Positions 16,249-25,997 of a stretch of 64,000 bases of DNA are shown here, one piece after another (the first letter of the stretch is position 1; every line of letters starts with the position of its first letter). This stretch comes from Candidatus Iainarchaeum sp. (lineage in GTDB: Archaea; Iainarchaeota; Iainarchaeia; Iainarchaeales; Iainarchaeaceae): NCBI GenBank assembly GCA_043812975.1, contig JBDRLP010000027.1, positions 85,731 through 149,730 of the forward strand, in the 5' to 3' direction. The translations under genes were made by a program, and so were the position numbers. The notes under the pieces were generated by a model that did no database searches, had not been told where the DNA came from, and saw only the letters and a program-made list of their open reading frames with translations.

Positions 16249-16839
16249 TTATTTCAAATATTTTTTGAATGTTTTTTCAAGTTTTTCAAGTCTCGTATAA
16301 TTTTTTCTAACTAATTCATTTGCTTCTTTCAACACATTCAGTAATTGTTTTTCGCTTATAAGTTTTTCTTCTCCGTTTTTTACCGGAAATTCCATTTTTT
16401 CAGTGCCCTGTAATTCTATTATGAATTTTCCTTTTTCAGCAAGCATTATCCCGCCTCTTTTGACTCCTGCTTCTTTCATTGCTTTCAAAATCACATTTGA
16501 TTTTTCTAAATCTGCACATCCAATATGCAGAATAAATGGATCTACTTTAAACCAGAGTTTTCCTTTTACTTTTTCATTAAAACCTTCTTTCAGTTCTTTT
16601 TTTGTGATTTCTCTATGCCATTTTCTGTGAAAAAAATTGTCAATTTTTTTGTTGCTTCTTTTTTCAAGCAGGATTATTCTTCCGCTACAGCAACTGGAAG
16701 TGTAGTAGTTTTTTGTTGAAACCACGTCATCACAAAGCCCCTGCATCTGTTCATCTACCTTTCCTTGGATTAAAGCCGTTTTGTAAGTGTTAGTATGTCT
16801 TTGTTTTATCATATCAAATCTGGTTGGCTTATCTTTCAT
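16249..16839 (-). CDS. taw3: Taw3/TYW3 wyosine-derivative methyltransferase
   Basis: YTSSCCSGRI, KWH and PFILH motifs. Confidence 0.88.
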   Translation of the reverse strand: MKDKPTRFDMIKQRHTNTYKTALIQGKVDEQMQGLCDDVVSTKNYYTSSCCSGRIILLEKRSNKKIDNFFHRKWHREITKKELKEGFNEKVKGKLWFKVDPFILHIGCADLEKSNVILKAMKEAGVKRGGIMLAEKGKFIIELQGTEKMEFPVKNGEEKLISEKQLLNVLKEANELVRKNYTRLEKLEKTFKKYLK

Positions 16840-16882
16840 ATAAAGTCCCTCTTTTTGGTCTCTTATAGGCTTTTTTGACCAA

Positions 16883-17734
16883 TTGTTTTATTTATTCTTC
16901 TGCTGCAATTTTATTTTGGGGGAATTAATTTTGTTTAAACCTATTATTGTATTAAGCATGCTTTTATTGCTAGCCTCATTGGCTTTTGCCGAGGTTAATG
17001 TTCTTTATCCTGTGGAAGCAACCCTTCAAAATGGTAATACTATTCAGGCTGGCTCAGTAGGCCCCAATCAGGTTTTTGAATTGATTTTTTCAGATAATTC
17101 AGGTCATGGTTTTGAGTGGGACACTGTTACAGTTAATGAAGCTTCACTTCCGGCAGGTTGGACAATTGTTTCCCAAAATAATACTGACACTTCTTTAATA
17201 GTAAATATCGGCGTTCCTAAAAACGCTCAGCCAAACTTTTATGTTATTGAGCTTTCATTATCAAATAGTAATAATCCTGCTGTGAAAGATTCAGTTAGTG
17301 TTAGTGTTGTTGTAAAACAAAATCTGTTAGATGTTTCTTTTATAAGGCCTTCAATAGAAAATGTTTCTGTTGTCGGTGAATCTGTTTTTTACAAAGGGGT
17401 TGTTTCTAATTCCTCAATAGCTCCGCAAAAAATTGTTTTTTCTTCCGATGTTCCTTCTAATTGGTTTGAAAGTATTGTTTTTGAAGCAGATCCGAACAGC
17501 ATGGAAGAAATCGAACTTGAACTAAATCCTAAGTCTTATGGAAAACATTATTTTTCTTTTCAAGTATTGGATGAGGAAAGCACAATAATTAAGAGTTATT
17601 CTTCAGAATTAAACGTACACCCTACATTGAAGGGAAAGTTCAGTTCTGCATTCTCTGGTTTTCCTTTCTTTACTTTCAGTTTGGTGCCATTCCAATTATT
17701 AGCTTCTTTTATTTCCTTAATTTTGCCTAATTAA
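16883..17734 (+). CDS. exported beta-rich protein with hydrophobic C-terminus
   Basis: Signal peptide ending LAFA, beta-strand-rich body; true start probably downstream of track start. Confidence 0.65.
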   Translation: MFYLFFCCNFILGELILFKPIIVLSMLLLLASLAFAEVNVLYPVEATLQNGNTIQAGSVGPNQVFELIFSDNSGHGFEWDTVTVNEASLPAGWTIVSQNNTDTSLIVNIGVPKNAQPNFYVIELSLSNSNNPAVKDSVSVSVVVKQNLLDVSFIRPSIENVSVVGESVFYKGVVSNSSIAPQKIVFSSDVPSNWFESIVFEADPNSMEEIELELNPKSYGKHYFSFQVLDEESTIIKSYSSELNVHPTLKGKFSSAFSGFPFFTFSLVPFQLLASFISLILPN

Positions 17735-19436
17735 GAATTTTTCCCATATAAATTCCATCTCTTTTGTAACCTAATTTTTTCAAATAGTATTCTCTGGCCC
17801 CAACACCACTTATAACAAGTAATTTATCTGCATTAAATTGTTCTTTTGCAATTTTTTCAGCTCGTTCCATCAATTTTTTACCAAAACCTTTGTGTTGGGT
17901 GCTTTCAGAATCTGTTTTTCCTATTCCTACTTCTAATCCAAGAACATGTAATTCTCTAACTACGCAAGTTTTTTCAGTGAACTCTTTTCTGAATGGTTTC
18001 CAAGGCTTTCTTAATCTGCAAAATCCAACTATTAAGTTATTCTTTGTGTCCTCAAATGAAATAAAAACTTCTTTCCCTTTACTTGCTTCATATTCTGTTT
18101 CAACCAACTCAACTTTCGAATATTCTGTTTCTATCCCTTTTCTCTGGTTTATACCTGATTCTCGGCATCTTATACATTTGCACTTAATTCCTTTCTCCCT
18201 TGCTTTTTTCTCAATTATCTGCCTTAAATTATTTTTATCAACTCCTCCTTTGGAGTACTTTGTTGGAATATCTCTTTGTACACGATGTACTCTTGTGTAA
18301 GAAGGAAAATATTTTTTTGCTTCAGAAATAATATCCGCGGCTTTTTCAGTATCTAAAGGAGTAAACTTCCCGTTTTCGTAAAGTTTTTCTAATGCAGTTC
18401 CTGGCATAACCATGCAAGGATAAATCTTCAATCCATCTGGTTTAAAATCAGGATTCTCAAACAAGTCCTTAAACATTTCAATATCTTTTTCTTCAGAACT
18501 AAGCGGTTGACCAGGCATCATGTGATAAGTAACTTTCAATCCGGAATCTTTCAAAAGCCTTGTTGCTTCTATCGTATCTTCTATTGTGTGCCCTCTGTTA
18601 GTATATTTCAGAATGTTGTTGCTTGTGCTCTGAACTCCAAGTTCAACTCTTGTAGTTCCCAGTTTTAACATCTGGTCAATTTCTTTTTCTTTACACCAAT
18701 CAGGTTTTGTTTCAATACACAGGGTAACTATTCTTACATTAGCTTTCTCATTTCGTAAATGTTCTTTTTCAACATTAGCTTCATGTTTTTGTTTAAGCAA
18801 TTTTTCTTTTAGGTTTTTGTTTAATTCCTTGTTTTGTTTTGAAAAAATTTTATTGAACTTTTCTGAATTAAATTTTCCTTTTGAAAACAGGTTTTTTGAA
18901 AAATCGTTCGTAGCTTGGAATGCTCCTGAAATAAATTCCTTCTGATATTCAAAAGTAAAACTTGGGAAAGTTCCGCCCATAATTATTAGCTCCAATTTTT
19001 GTGGGTTGTGGGCTGTAGAATAATATTGTGACAATCGGTTCATTGTCTGGAGGTAAGAATCATAAGAATTGTTTATTGCCCGCATTGTTGCAGGTTCATT
19101 TCCAGTGTAGCTTTGCGGGACATCCCCGAAAAAACTATTGGGGCCTCCGGGACAGTAAATGCATGTTCCGTGTGGACAGTTTATTGGTTTTGTCATTATT
19201 GCTATTGGTGCAACCCCTGAAAGTGTTCTTAATGGTTTTATTAAAAGTATTTTGCTTAATTTTTTTGACGGGTTTTTTGAATGGCTTAAAATATCAGGGT
19301 TGGACGGAACTTCGTTTAAACCAATTTCTTTTCCAACCTGTAGCTTTAATTTATTCAGTTCTTCTTTAGTGTTAATTTTGTTTTTTTCAACCGCATTTAT
19401 TATTTGGGTGCAGAATTGCTGTAATTTTGTTGCCAT
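17727..19436 (-). CDS. elp3: Elp3 radical-SAM/KAT tRNA wobble-uridine modification enzyme
   Basis: RTLSGVAP, CPHGTCIYCPGG, ELGVQS, QHKGFG, ISGVGAREYY. Confidence 0.95.
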   Translation of the reverse strand: MATKLQQFCTQIINAVEKNKINTKEELNKLKLQVGKEIGLNEVPSNPDILSHSKNPSKKLSKILLIKPLRTLSGVAPIAIMTKPINCPHGTCIYCPGGPNSFFGDVPQSYTGNEPATMRAINNSYDSYLQTMNRLSQYYSTAHNPQKLELIIMGGTFPSFTFEYQKEFISGAFQATNDFSKNLFSKGKFNSEKFNKIFSKQNKELNKNLKEKLLKQKHEANVEKEHLRNEKANVRIVTLCIETKPDWCKEKEIDQMLKLGTTRVELGVQSTSNNILKYTNRGHTIEDTIEATRLLKDSGLKVTYHMMPGQPLSSEEKDIEMFKDLFENPDFKPDGLKIYPCMVMPGTALEKLYENGKFTPLDTEKAADIISEAKKYFPSYTRVHRVQRDIPTKYSKGGVDKNNLRQIIEKKAREKGIKCKCIRCRESGINQRKGIETEYSKVELVETEYEASKGKEVFISFEDTKNNLIVGFCRLRKPWKPFRKEFTEKTCVVRELHVLGLEVGIGKTDSESTQHKGFGKKLMERAEKIAKEQFNADKLLVISGVGAREYYLKKLGYKRDGIYMGKILN

Positions 19437-19492
19437 GATTCAATTTTTTGCTTCGAAAAGGTTTTTATTGGGTGTTAGCGTTCTTTTTTTGA

Positions 19493-19798
19493 ATGACTAA
19501 AGCAGCAGAACAAGAATTTGTGAGTTATGTGCAAAACTATCCTGAATGCTATGCTATTGCACAATCTGAGATGTTCATGAAATTTTTAAATTTCATTTCA
19601 GAGGCTCCTAGGTCGGTTTCTGAGCTTTTAACGAATATTCCAAATATTGAGGATTTTGATTTAAGGCTTATTGTTCTTGCTTTAGAATCAGCAAAACTCA
19701 TTAAAAGAAGCAGAAATATTCAATCCGAGGTTTATTATCTCACTAATAAGGGAAAAACTCTTATAACTAAATATAAAAAGGCAAAAAAAGGTCTTTAA
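19493..19798 (+). CDS. winged-helix DNA-binding protein
   Basis: SVSELL...LESAKLI...YYLTNKGK wHTH pattern. Confidence 0.65.
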   Translation: MTKAAEQEFVSYVQNYPECYAIAQSEMFMKFLNFISEAPRSVSELLTNIPNIEDFDLRLIVLALESAKLIKRSRNIQSEVYYLTNKGKTLITKYKKAKKGL

Positions 19799-19888
19799 GG
19801 GGGCATTTAAACACGCTTTGAGCCGTTCTCTTTTATAAATATATTATATACTACACTATATATTAACAGTTAAAGTTGGGGGATTTTT

Positions 19889-20236
19889 TTGGGGAAAATA
19901 CTTTTAGCAGTTCTTGGAATAGGAAAAGGTACTTGGGGTCACGTAGCTAGGCTTATTTCAGAAGAAGAATGGGATAAAATTCTTCTGATTTCTAATGAGT
20001 GGGGTAAAGAAAATTTTGCTCCTGCAAAAGAATGCGAATGGATTATTGTTAATAACAGAGCAGGCTTTGAAATAATCAAAGACGAAATAAAAAACAATCT
20101 TCCTGATAGCGAGTTAGCAGTTTCACTTATCAGCGGTTCAGGAAAAGAACACATGGCTATTCTTGTTGCTTTGAAAGCAAAAAAATCAAAGTACGAAATA
20201 GTAATCCTTACTGGCGAAGGAACAAAATATTATTAA
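19889..20236 (+). CDS. small Rossmann-like hypothetical protein (possible stand-alone CARF-like fold)
   Basis: TTG start after GGGGA; LAVLG..GKGTWGHV, WDKILLIS, VSLISGSGKEHMA. Confidence 0.55.
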   Translation: MGKILLAVLGIGKGTWGHVARLISEEEWDKILLISNEWGKENFAPAKECEWIIVNNRAGFEIIKDEIKNNLPDSELAVSLISGSGKEHMAILVALKAKKSKYEIVILTGEGTKYY

Positions 20237-20241
20237 TCGCA

Positions 20242-20296
20242 CTTTTTCTTTTCTCTTTCCAAGAGAAAATAAAACCTGCACTAAAAGAAAAGAGAA
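20242..20296. repeat. AT-rich palindromic intergenic repeat, copy B
   Basis: TTTTCTCTT-TCC-AAGAGAAAA hairpin followed by CACTAAAAGAAAAGAGAA. Confidence 0.5.
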
Positions 20297-20339
20297 TAGC
20301 TTCGCATACTAATTTATTCTTCTCTTTCCTATTCTTTTA

Positions 20340-20708
20340 ATGCTTGATTTAATTTTTTTACTGGTTTTAGTTGTTGCAATTATTTTATTTCTTCTAGTTC
20401 TGTTTTTACTTTCCAGATTAAGTTCTTTAGGACAACAATTGAGTGAATTAAAGTTTTCCAAATCATCCCAGTCAGTTAAATATGGTAAAATGACAGAACA
20501 GTTTATTCCTTTTACAAAAGATTTTCCATTTAACCCAGAGGACTTCAGGTTCCTTGGCAATCCTATTGACGGTGTTGTTTTTGAGGAAGATAAAGTTGTT
20601 TTTGCAGAATTCAAAACAGCTTCTTCTCAGCTTTCACAAAAACAAAGAAACATTCGTGATTTAATTAAGTCAAAAAAAGTTGAATGGTTTGAATATAAAT
20701 TAAAGTGA
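20340..20708 (+). CDS. membrane-anchored Holliday-junction-resolvase-like PD-(D/E)xK nuclease (Endonuc_Holl-like)
   Basis: N-terminal TM; GKMTEQFIPF, FRFLGNPIDGVVF, EFKT..SQLSQKQR. Confidence 0.82.
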   Translation: MLDLIFLLVLVVAIILFLLVLFLLSRLSSLGQQLSELKFSKSSQSVKYGKMTEQFIPFTKDFPFNPEDFRFLGNPIDGVVFEEDKVVFAEFKTASSQLSQKQRNIRDLIKSKKVEWFEYKLK

Positions 20709-20709
20709 A

Positions 20710-21093
20710 TTATTTTCTCTTAAACTTTTTGAGTCCTTTGTAAAACTTTTCTTCATCAACCACCTGTTTCAGAGTTTTACTTTCAATTGTTTGTTTTACA
20801 ATAGAATTAACAAATCCAAGAATAAGAATTAATCCCGCGAACACATAAACTATTGTAAAAATCTTTCCAATATCAGTTTTTGGTGCCAAATCACCATAAC
20901 CAACAGTAGTCAGAGTTATTACTGTAAAGTACAAAGAATCCAATAAGTTCCAATGTTCTATATAACTGTAAAAAATAGTGCCAATTCCAAGTGTTACTCC
21001 TAATAGAAGGATAAGTGCTTCTGTTTCAGCATCCCTAAAACCGCGCCAGATGGCTCTAATAAAAAACAGTGCTTTTTGGATATATGCTTTCAT
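20710..21093 (-). CDS. 2-TM potassium channel (KcsA-like)
   Basis: TTVGYGD selectivity filter flanked by two TMs. Confidence 0.92.
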   Translation of the reverse strand: MKAYIQKALFFIRAIWRGFRDAETEALILLLGVTLGIGTIFYSYIEHWNLLDSLYFTVITLTTVGYGDLAPKTDIGKIFTIVYVFAGLILILGFVNSIVKQTIESKTLKQVVDEEKFYKGLKKFKRK

Positions 21094-21140
21094 TTTGAAC
21101 GTTTAGAGTAAGCATTTTGTCAGATTTAAAGGTTACTCTA

Positions 21141-22181
21141 TTATTTCCACCCTGATTTATACCTGAGAACTGCGGCGATTCCGCCAAAACCAAGTATTTT
21201 TTCTCCGGATTCATTTTTACCTGAAATAAAAATTATTTTTCCCTGCAATTGTTCTGCTTTATCCAGTATTTGTTCTGTTTCTTCTCTTTTTTCAGAAAGC
21301 ATTTTTTCATGAACCACTAGTTCATCAACTGCACCGGAATCCATTGCTTTTTTTACTTCATCAAAACCAATTGCACTTAACCCGTCAGAAAGTCCTGCAA
21401 GAATTTTTTCCATTGCTTTTGTTTCTTCTGCAGCATGGAATCCTTCAATGAGTTTGTCAATTTTTCCGCTTTTTATGAGTTCATTTAACCCTGTTAGCCC
21501 TACTGAATTTGTTGATTCGAAGATTGGTTTTAACTTAGAATTTTTTTCATTTAAGAATTTTTCAAAATTCTGTTTCTCAAAACCAGGGCCTGCTATAACA
21601 ATTTTTTTAGGTTCAAGTTCAGTTAGTTTTTTTAAGAGTTCCTCGAAGTAAGGGTTTCCTTTTTCAGTATTCTCAAATCTTTTGCCGCTTTTTTTTCCAA
21701 GAATTTTTGCTTTCTTATCTAATCCGGAATCTTTCAGAAAAGCAAGTTCGGCTTCCTCATCATCCATAACCACTAATAACAAATTTTCTCTTCCAGATGC
21801 TTTTTTAGCCCGTTCAAGTCTATCAAGGTGGTATTTTTTCAATGCTTTTTTTGTAACCCTTACCTTTTCTCCAACCTCAGCTTCAATTGTATGGTGGCTT
21901 TTCAATTCTACTAGTTCCTCTGGTTTTGCTGAAACAACAATTCCCTGAATCCTGAGCTGGTTTGTTGCTTCATGGAATTCTGCTTTTTCAACTTCCAGTT
22001 CTACAAAAATTTTCTGTTTGAAAGCCTTTTCTCCTTCATTTTTTGGCTTGATTTTTCTTTCAGACTCGCCGCTAACCAAATCACCTTTCTCTATGAGTTT
22101 TTCTATATGCCAGAGATCATCAAATGAATCCGGAATGGCTTCAAAATAATTGTTTTTCCGGTCAACTTTGAGTATTTTCAT
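21141..22181 (-). CDS. pelA: Pelota ribosome rescue factor
   Basis: DDLWHI, LRIQG, HHTI, IAGPGFEK, GFGGIAAVLRY. Confidence 0.93.
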   Translation of the reverse strand: MKILKVDRKNNYFEAIPDSFDDLWHIEKLIEKGDLVSGESERKIKPKNEGEKAFKQKIFVELEVEKAEFHEATNQLRIQGIVVSAKPEELVELKSHHTIEAEVGEKVRVTKKALKKYHLDRLERAKKASGRENLLLVVMDDEEAELAFLKDSGLDKKAKILGKKSGKRFENTEKGNPYFEELLKKLTELEPKKIVIAGPGFEKQNFEKFLNEKNSKLKPIFESTNSVGLTGLNELIKSGKIDKLIEGFHAAEETKAMEKILAGLSDGLSAIGFDEVKKAMDSGAVDELVVHEKMLSEKREETEQILDKAEQLQGKIIFISGKNESGEKILGFGGIAAVLRYKSGWK

Positions 22182-22238
22182 GATAAATCATGTGGCTGTA
22201 AACAGTTAAAAAACCTTAGAACTGAAATCTTAGAATGA

Positions 22239-22335
22239 CCCGAGTAGCAGTATTGGAACCACAGTTGCGGCTGTGGACGCCCTTCGGGCGGCGTACTATC
22301 TTTGCCTTTAGAAGGCTCGATAGTACTTACGAGAG
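22239..22335 (+). ncRNA. candidate structured RNA or 5' leader of ABCE1
   Basis: Three consecutive hairpins: CCACAG/CTGTGG, CGCC-CTTCG-GGCG, GTACTATC/GATAGTAC enclosing GCCTT/AAGGC; GC-rich within AT-rich DNA. Confidence 0.5.
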
Positions 22336-22343
22336 ATGAGTGT

Positions 22344-24122
22344 ATGACTAGAGTAGCTGTGCTGGAAAAGGACCGTTGTATCAACAAAGAAGGCTGTAAT
22401 TTCATTTGCGGAAAGGTTTGTCCAGTGAATAGAGCAGGCAAGGAATGCATTTCTTTGGAGAAGGAAACAAATAAACCAGTAATAAATGAAAACCTCTGCA
22501 TAGGCTGCAATATTTGCGTTCAGAAATGTCCTGTTGATTGCATTTACATTGAAAACCTTGTACAGGAACTGAATGAAGAACCGGTTCAGAGGTTTGGTGA
22601 AAACGAGTTTAGGGTTTACAGGTTGCCTCTGATTAGAGAAGGGGAAATAGTAGGTTTGATTGGAAGAAACGGAATCGGAAAAACCACTATTCTGAAAATT
22701 CTTTCAGGCCAGTTAATACCGAATTTAGGGGATTATGAAAATGAATCAAATTATGATAAAGTAATTGCTTTTTTTAGAGGAAGAGAATTGCAGGATTATT
22801 TTTCGTCATTAAAAGAAAAATTAATAAAAGTTTCTTTCAAACCCCAGAACATTAATGATATTCCAAAAAATTTTAAGGGAAATGTAAATGAGTTGCTGAA
22901 AAAAGTTGATGAAAGAAAAAAACTTGGAGAAATCACAAAAATACTCAATTTAGAAAAAATTTTGGATAGAGACTTAAAAAGTTTAAGCGGAGGAGAACTA
23001 CAAAGAGTTGCTATTGCAGCAGCTGCTTTGAAAGATGCTGATTTTTATGCGTTTGATGAACCCACCTCTTATTTGGATGTTAAAGAAAGACTAAACATGG
23101 CTTCCTTGTTAAGGTCTCTGGCAAGTGAAAAGAAAACAGTTATTGTAATTGAACACGACTTAGCGGTTTTGGATTACTTGAGTGATTATGTGCATTTGCT
23201 TTATGGAAAAAAATCTGTTTATGGAATTGTTTCAAATTCCAAAAGCGTGAAAAACGGTATTAATGAATTTTTGGATGGTTTTGTAAAGGATGAAAATGTC
23301 AGGTTCAGAAAAGAAGAATTAAAATTTGAAGTTAAACCATCAACTGATTTTAAAATGAAAAATATTGCTGCTAAATACCCATCTATGAAAAAATCTTTCA
23401 AGGATTTTTCTTTAGAAATCGAGGGCAGTGAATTCAGAGAAGCAGAAGTTCTTGGTATTATGGGTCCTAATGGAATCGGTAAAACAACTTTTGTAAAAAT
23501 GCTTGCAGGAGTTGAAAAACCAGATGAAGGTTCTATTGATCTTTCTCTAAAAGTTTCTTACAAGCCTCAATACCTTGCTGCTGAACATGGAGTTACTGTT
23601 GCTGATTTTATTGCTTCTCAAAATATTGACAGGGCTATTTTCAAGCAGGAAGTTGACAGGCGTCTTTTCATCAGTGAGTTGGAAAACCATAAGTTAGAGG
23701 AACTTTCAGGAGGAGAACTTCAGAAGGTTGCTGTTGGAATGGCTTTATGCAGAAATGATGCTGAATTAGTGCTTTTAGATGAACCAACGGCGTTTGTTGA
23801 TATTGAAGACCGTCTCAATATGGCTGATACTATAAGATCTGTTACTGATTCAAAAAAGAAAGTTTGTTTGGTTGTTGACCACGATATTTTGTTTCAGGAT
23901 TATGTCAGCGACCGCTTAATGATTTTTGAAGGAGAATCCTCAGTAAGAGGTTTAGCAAGAAAGCCTTTCACAATGCATGATGGGATGAATCATTTCCTCA
24001 AAGAAATGGGTCTCAGCCTAAGAAGGGAAATTTCGAATGGTAGGCCTAGAATAAACAAACCAGGTTCTCAATTGGATCAGGAACAGAGAGCTAAAGGAGA
24101 ATATTATTACGCAAAAGGATAG
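22344..24122 (+). CDS. rli: ABCE1/RLI ribosome recycling ATPase
   Basis: N-terminal Fe-S Cys motifs (CPVN, CIGCNICVQKCP), two ABC domains with LSGGELQ; start MTRVAVL at 22344. Confidence 0.95.
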   Translation: MTRVAVLEKDRCINKEGCNFICGKVCPVNRAGKECISLEKETNKPVINENLCIGCNICVQKCPVDCIYIENLVQELNEEPVQRFGENEFRVYRLPLIREGEIVGLIGRNGIGKTTILKILSGQLIPNLGDYENESNYDKVIAFFRGRELQDYFSSLKEKLIKVSFKPQNINDIPKNFKGNVNELLKKVDERKKLGEITKILNLEKILDRDLKSLSGGELQRVAIAAAALKDADFYAFDEPTSYLDVKERLNMASLLRSLASEKKTVIVIEHDLAVLDYLSDYVHLLYGKKSVYGIVSNSKSVKNGINEFLDGFVKDENVRFRKEELKFEVKPSTDFKMKNIAAKYPSMKKSFKDFSLEIEGSEFREAEVLGIMGPNGIGKTTFVKMLAGVEKPDEGSIDLSLKVSYKPQYLAAEHGVTVADFIASQNIDRAIFKQEVDRRLFISELENHKLEELSGGELQKVAVGMALCRNDAELVLLDEPTAFVDIEDRLNMADTIRSVTDSKKKVCLVVDHDILFQDYVSDRLMIFEGESSVRGLARKPFTMHDGMNHFLKEMGLSLRREISNGRPRINKPGSQLDQEQRAKGEYYYAKG

Positions 24123-24131
24123 ATTTTACAA

Positions 24132-25631
24132 TTAGTAAAAATACCTGTACTCAACAGTGTATGTAACCTCTGCTTCTCCTTTTGCAGGAACATTCACATT
24201 GAATTCTATTTCGCTTGAACTCTTTTTATCATAAGGAAGCGAACTCTTTGTAACATTCCAGCTTGAACCAAGATACTCTTTAACCTTAACAGTTACTGCT
24301 TCATCTTTCTGGTTTTCCAGTTTAATTTTGTACTCATATCTGTAATATCCTTTGGTAATGTTTTCTGAATTGGTTTGTGTTCTTTCTCCTGTAACATCAA
24401 ATGCATTTCCTAAAAATAATTCTATTTCATCTTCTGTTTTTGTATGGTCTATTTCATCTTCTCCAACAAATTGTAATTGTCCGTCAGAATCTTTTTTGTA
24501 AACCCTTACAATTCCTTTTGGTAAAGGCATTCCAAGTCCTTGTGATTCTGAATTTTTAAATCTAAGTTTTACCTGAACTTTATTTCCGTTGCTTTGACCA
24601 TCATAAACAAATTCTTTTTGTGACGGAACATTGTTTGAGGATAATAGTGAAATTTGTTTGGTTTCATTATTGTTAATTGTGGTTTTTCTATCCAGAGTGT
24701 ATAAATGGTATTCGAATAATGATTCTTCTCCGAATTGCTGAGGAACCGCAGCTCCAGATTCCATAGCATAATCAAACACTTCTCTGTATTTAGGGCTTTC
24801 CTGTACTCTATGAACATCTCCTGCAACAAGTTTTAGTTTAGTATCAGGATAACCTGTTCCTGATTTATTTGTTATTGTTGTCCAACCAGTAAAGTCTAAT
24901 GCAGTATCATTATCATTAACTGTTGCAATATAATCAGCCCTCCAATCTAATCCTGTTGTCAAGTAAACCGTTTGCGTTTCCCTGTTTCCGGCTTGTTCTG
25001 CATAAATTTTCCACACAAGAGTAGGTTTTGTAAGCAAACCACCTGGAAGTTCTGTAAATTCTATTTTGTTGTTGTTTGAAAGTGCAATTATTTTTCCTCC
25101 AGAATCCAGTACAACTCCGTCATTAAAACTCAGAAGTATTCCAGTGTATTCCCTAACTTCATTTCCTTCAATAACCTGAACAGTAATTTCTTTATCTAAG
25201 TATTTTTCCAGAATTTTATTTTTGCTCACAAGATCATATTCATAATTTTGTTCAACAACAAACGAACTTGGAAAACTCAAATCCTGAAAGAAAACACTTG
25301 TAGCATCTATGCCTGATGCAATATCCTTAAACTGAACTAAATTAATTCCCTGCTCCAAAAACATTTCCCTGACATCTTTTACTAAAGCAAAATTCTGGTT
25401 GTAAACAGTTATTTCGCTGGAACCTTTTTCCCCAATATCTCTGGCGGGTCCTTCAAATAATGCTGTTTCTGGTTTTCCAACAGCAACTTTGTATGAAACT
25501 TCATTAATATTAAAATTTGGTTTTGCTTTTACAGTTATTTGCTCATTTCCGATTATGCTGTTTAATCCAATCAAACCAATGATCAATATTACTGTTATTC
25601 CTAATACCATTTTTTTATCCATTTTTTTCAC
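24132..25631 (-). CDS. DUF4139-family exported protein
   Basis: N-terminal TM; ITVYNQNFALVKD, WRADY, FEYHLY, PLPKGIVRVY. Confidence 0.8.
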   Translation of the reverse strand: MKKMDKKMVLGITVILIIGLIGLNSIIGNEQITVKAKPNFNINEVSYKVAVGKPETALFEGPARDIGEKGSSEITVYNQNFALVKDVREMFLEQGINLVQFKDIASGIDATSVFFQDLSFPSSFVVEQNYEYDLVSKNKILEKYLDKEITVQVIEGNEVREYTGILLSFNDGVVLDSGGKIIALSNNNKIEFTELPGGLLTKPTLVWKIYAEQAGNRETQTVYLTTGLDWRADYIATVNDNDTALDFTGWTTITNKSGTGYPDTKLKLVAGDVHRVQESPKYREVFDYAMESGAAVPQQFGEESLFEYHLYTLDRKTTINNNETKQISLLSSNNVPSQKEFVYDGQSNGNKVQVKLRFKNSESQGLGMPLPKGIVRVYKKDSDGQLQFVGEDEIDHTKTEDEIELFLGNAFDVTGERTQTNSENITKGYYRYEYKIKLENQKDEAVTVKVKEYLGSSWNVTKSSLPYDKKSSSEIEFNVNVPAKGEAEVTYTVEYRYFY

Positions 25632-25687
25632 CTGATTAACTTACTCATTCCAGATTTAAACCTTTTTCTTTTTACTTAGTAATTTCC

Positions 25688-25918
25688 CTAATTTTCCTCA
25701 GCAAGCTGTGAAAGCCATAAAGTAACAAGCACAGCCACTATTGTAACAATAATCGCGTATACTGCCATTGGAAGTAAAGTATTTGGTTTCCCAAAAAATT
25801 CTATAAAAAGAGCCTGAATTGCGTCATTCCATGCTAATGCTGCTACAAACCCAAAAGCAGCAGTAACCAGGGTCACAAGCCTTTGAAATATTCTTTTTTT
25901 CTTTGGAACTATTCGCAT
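25688..25918 (-). CDS. DUF5654-like 2-TM protein
   Basis: TAAFGFVAALAWNDAIQ. Confidence 0.75.
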   Translation of the reverse strand: MRIVPKKKRIFQRLVTLVTAAFGFVAALAWNDAIQALFIEFFGKPNTLLPMAVYAIIVTIVAVLVTLWLSQLAEEN

Positions 25919-25997
25919 TATTTCATTAGGAATTGGTGTATTTATTGTTTTTGGTTTTGCTGTTTCATTCTTAAACTTTTCAATGTGCTGCTTTATT

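Noticed and set aside
22178..22510. 110-aa minus ORF, and tRNA interpretation of the GC-rich segment
   Set aside because: ORF overlaps the ABCE1 Fe-S domain antisense; segment lacks acceptor stem and T-loop
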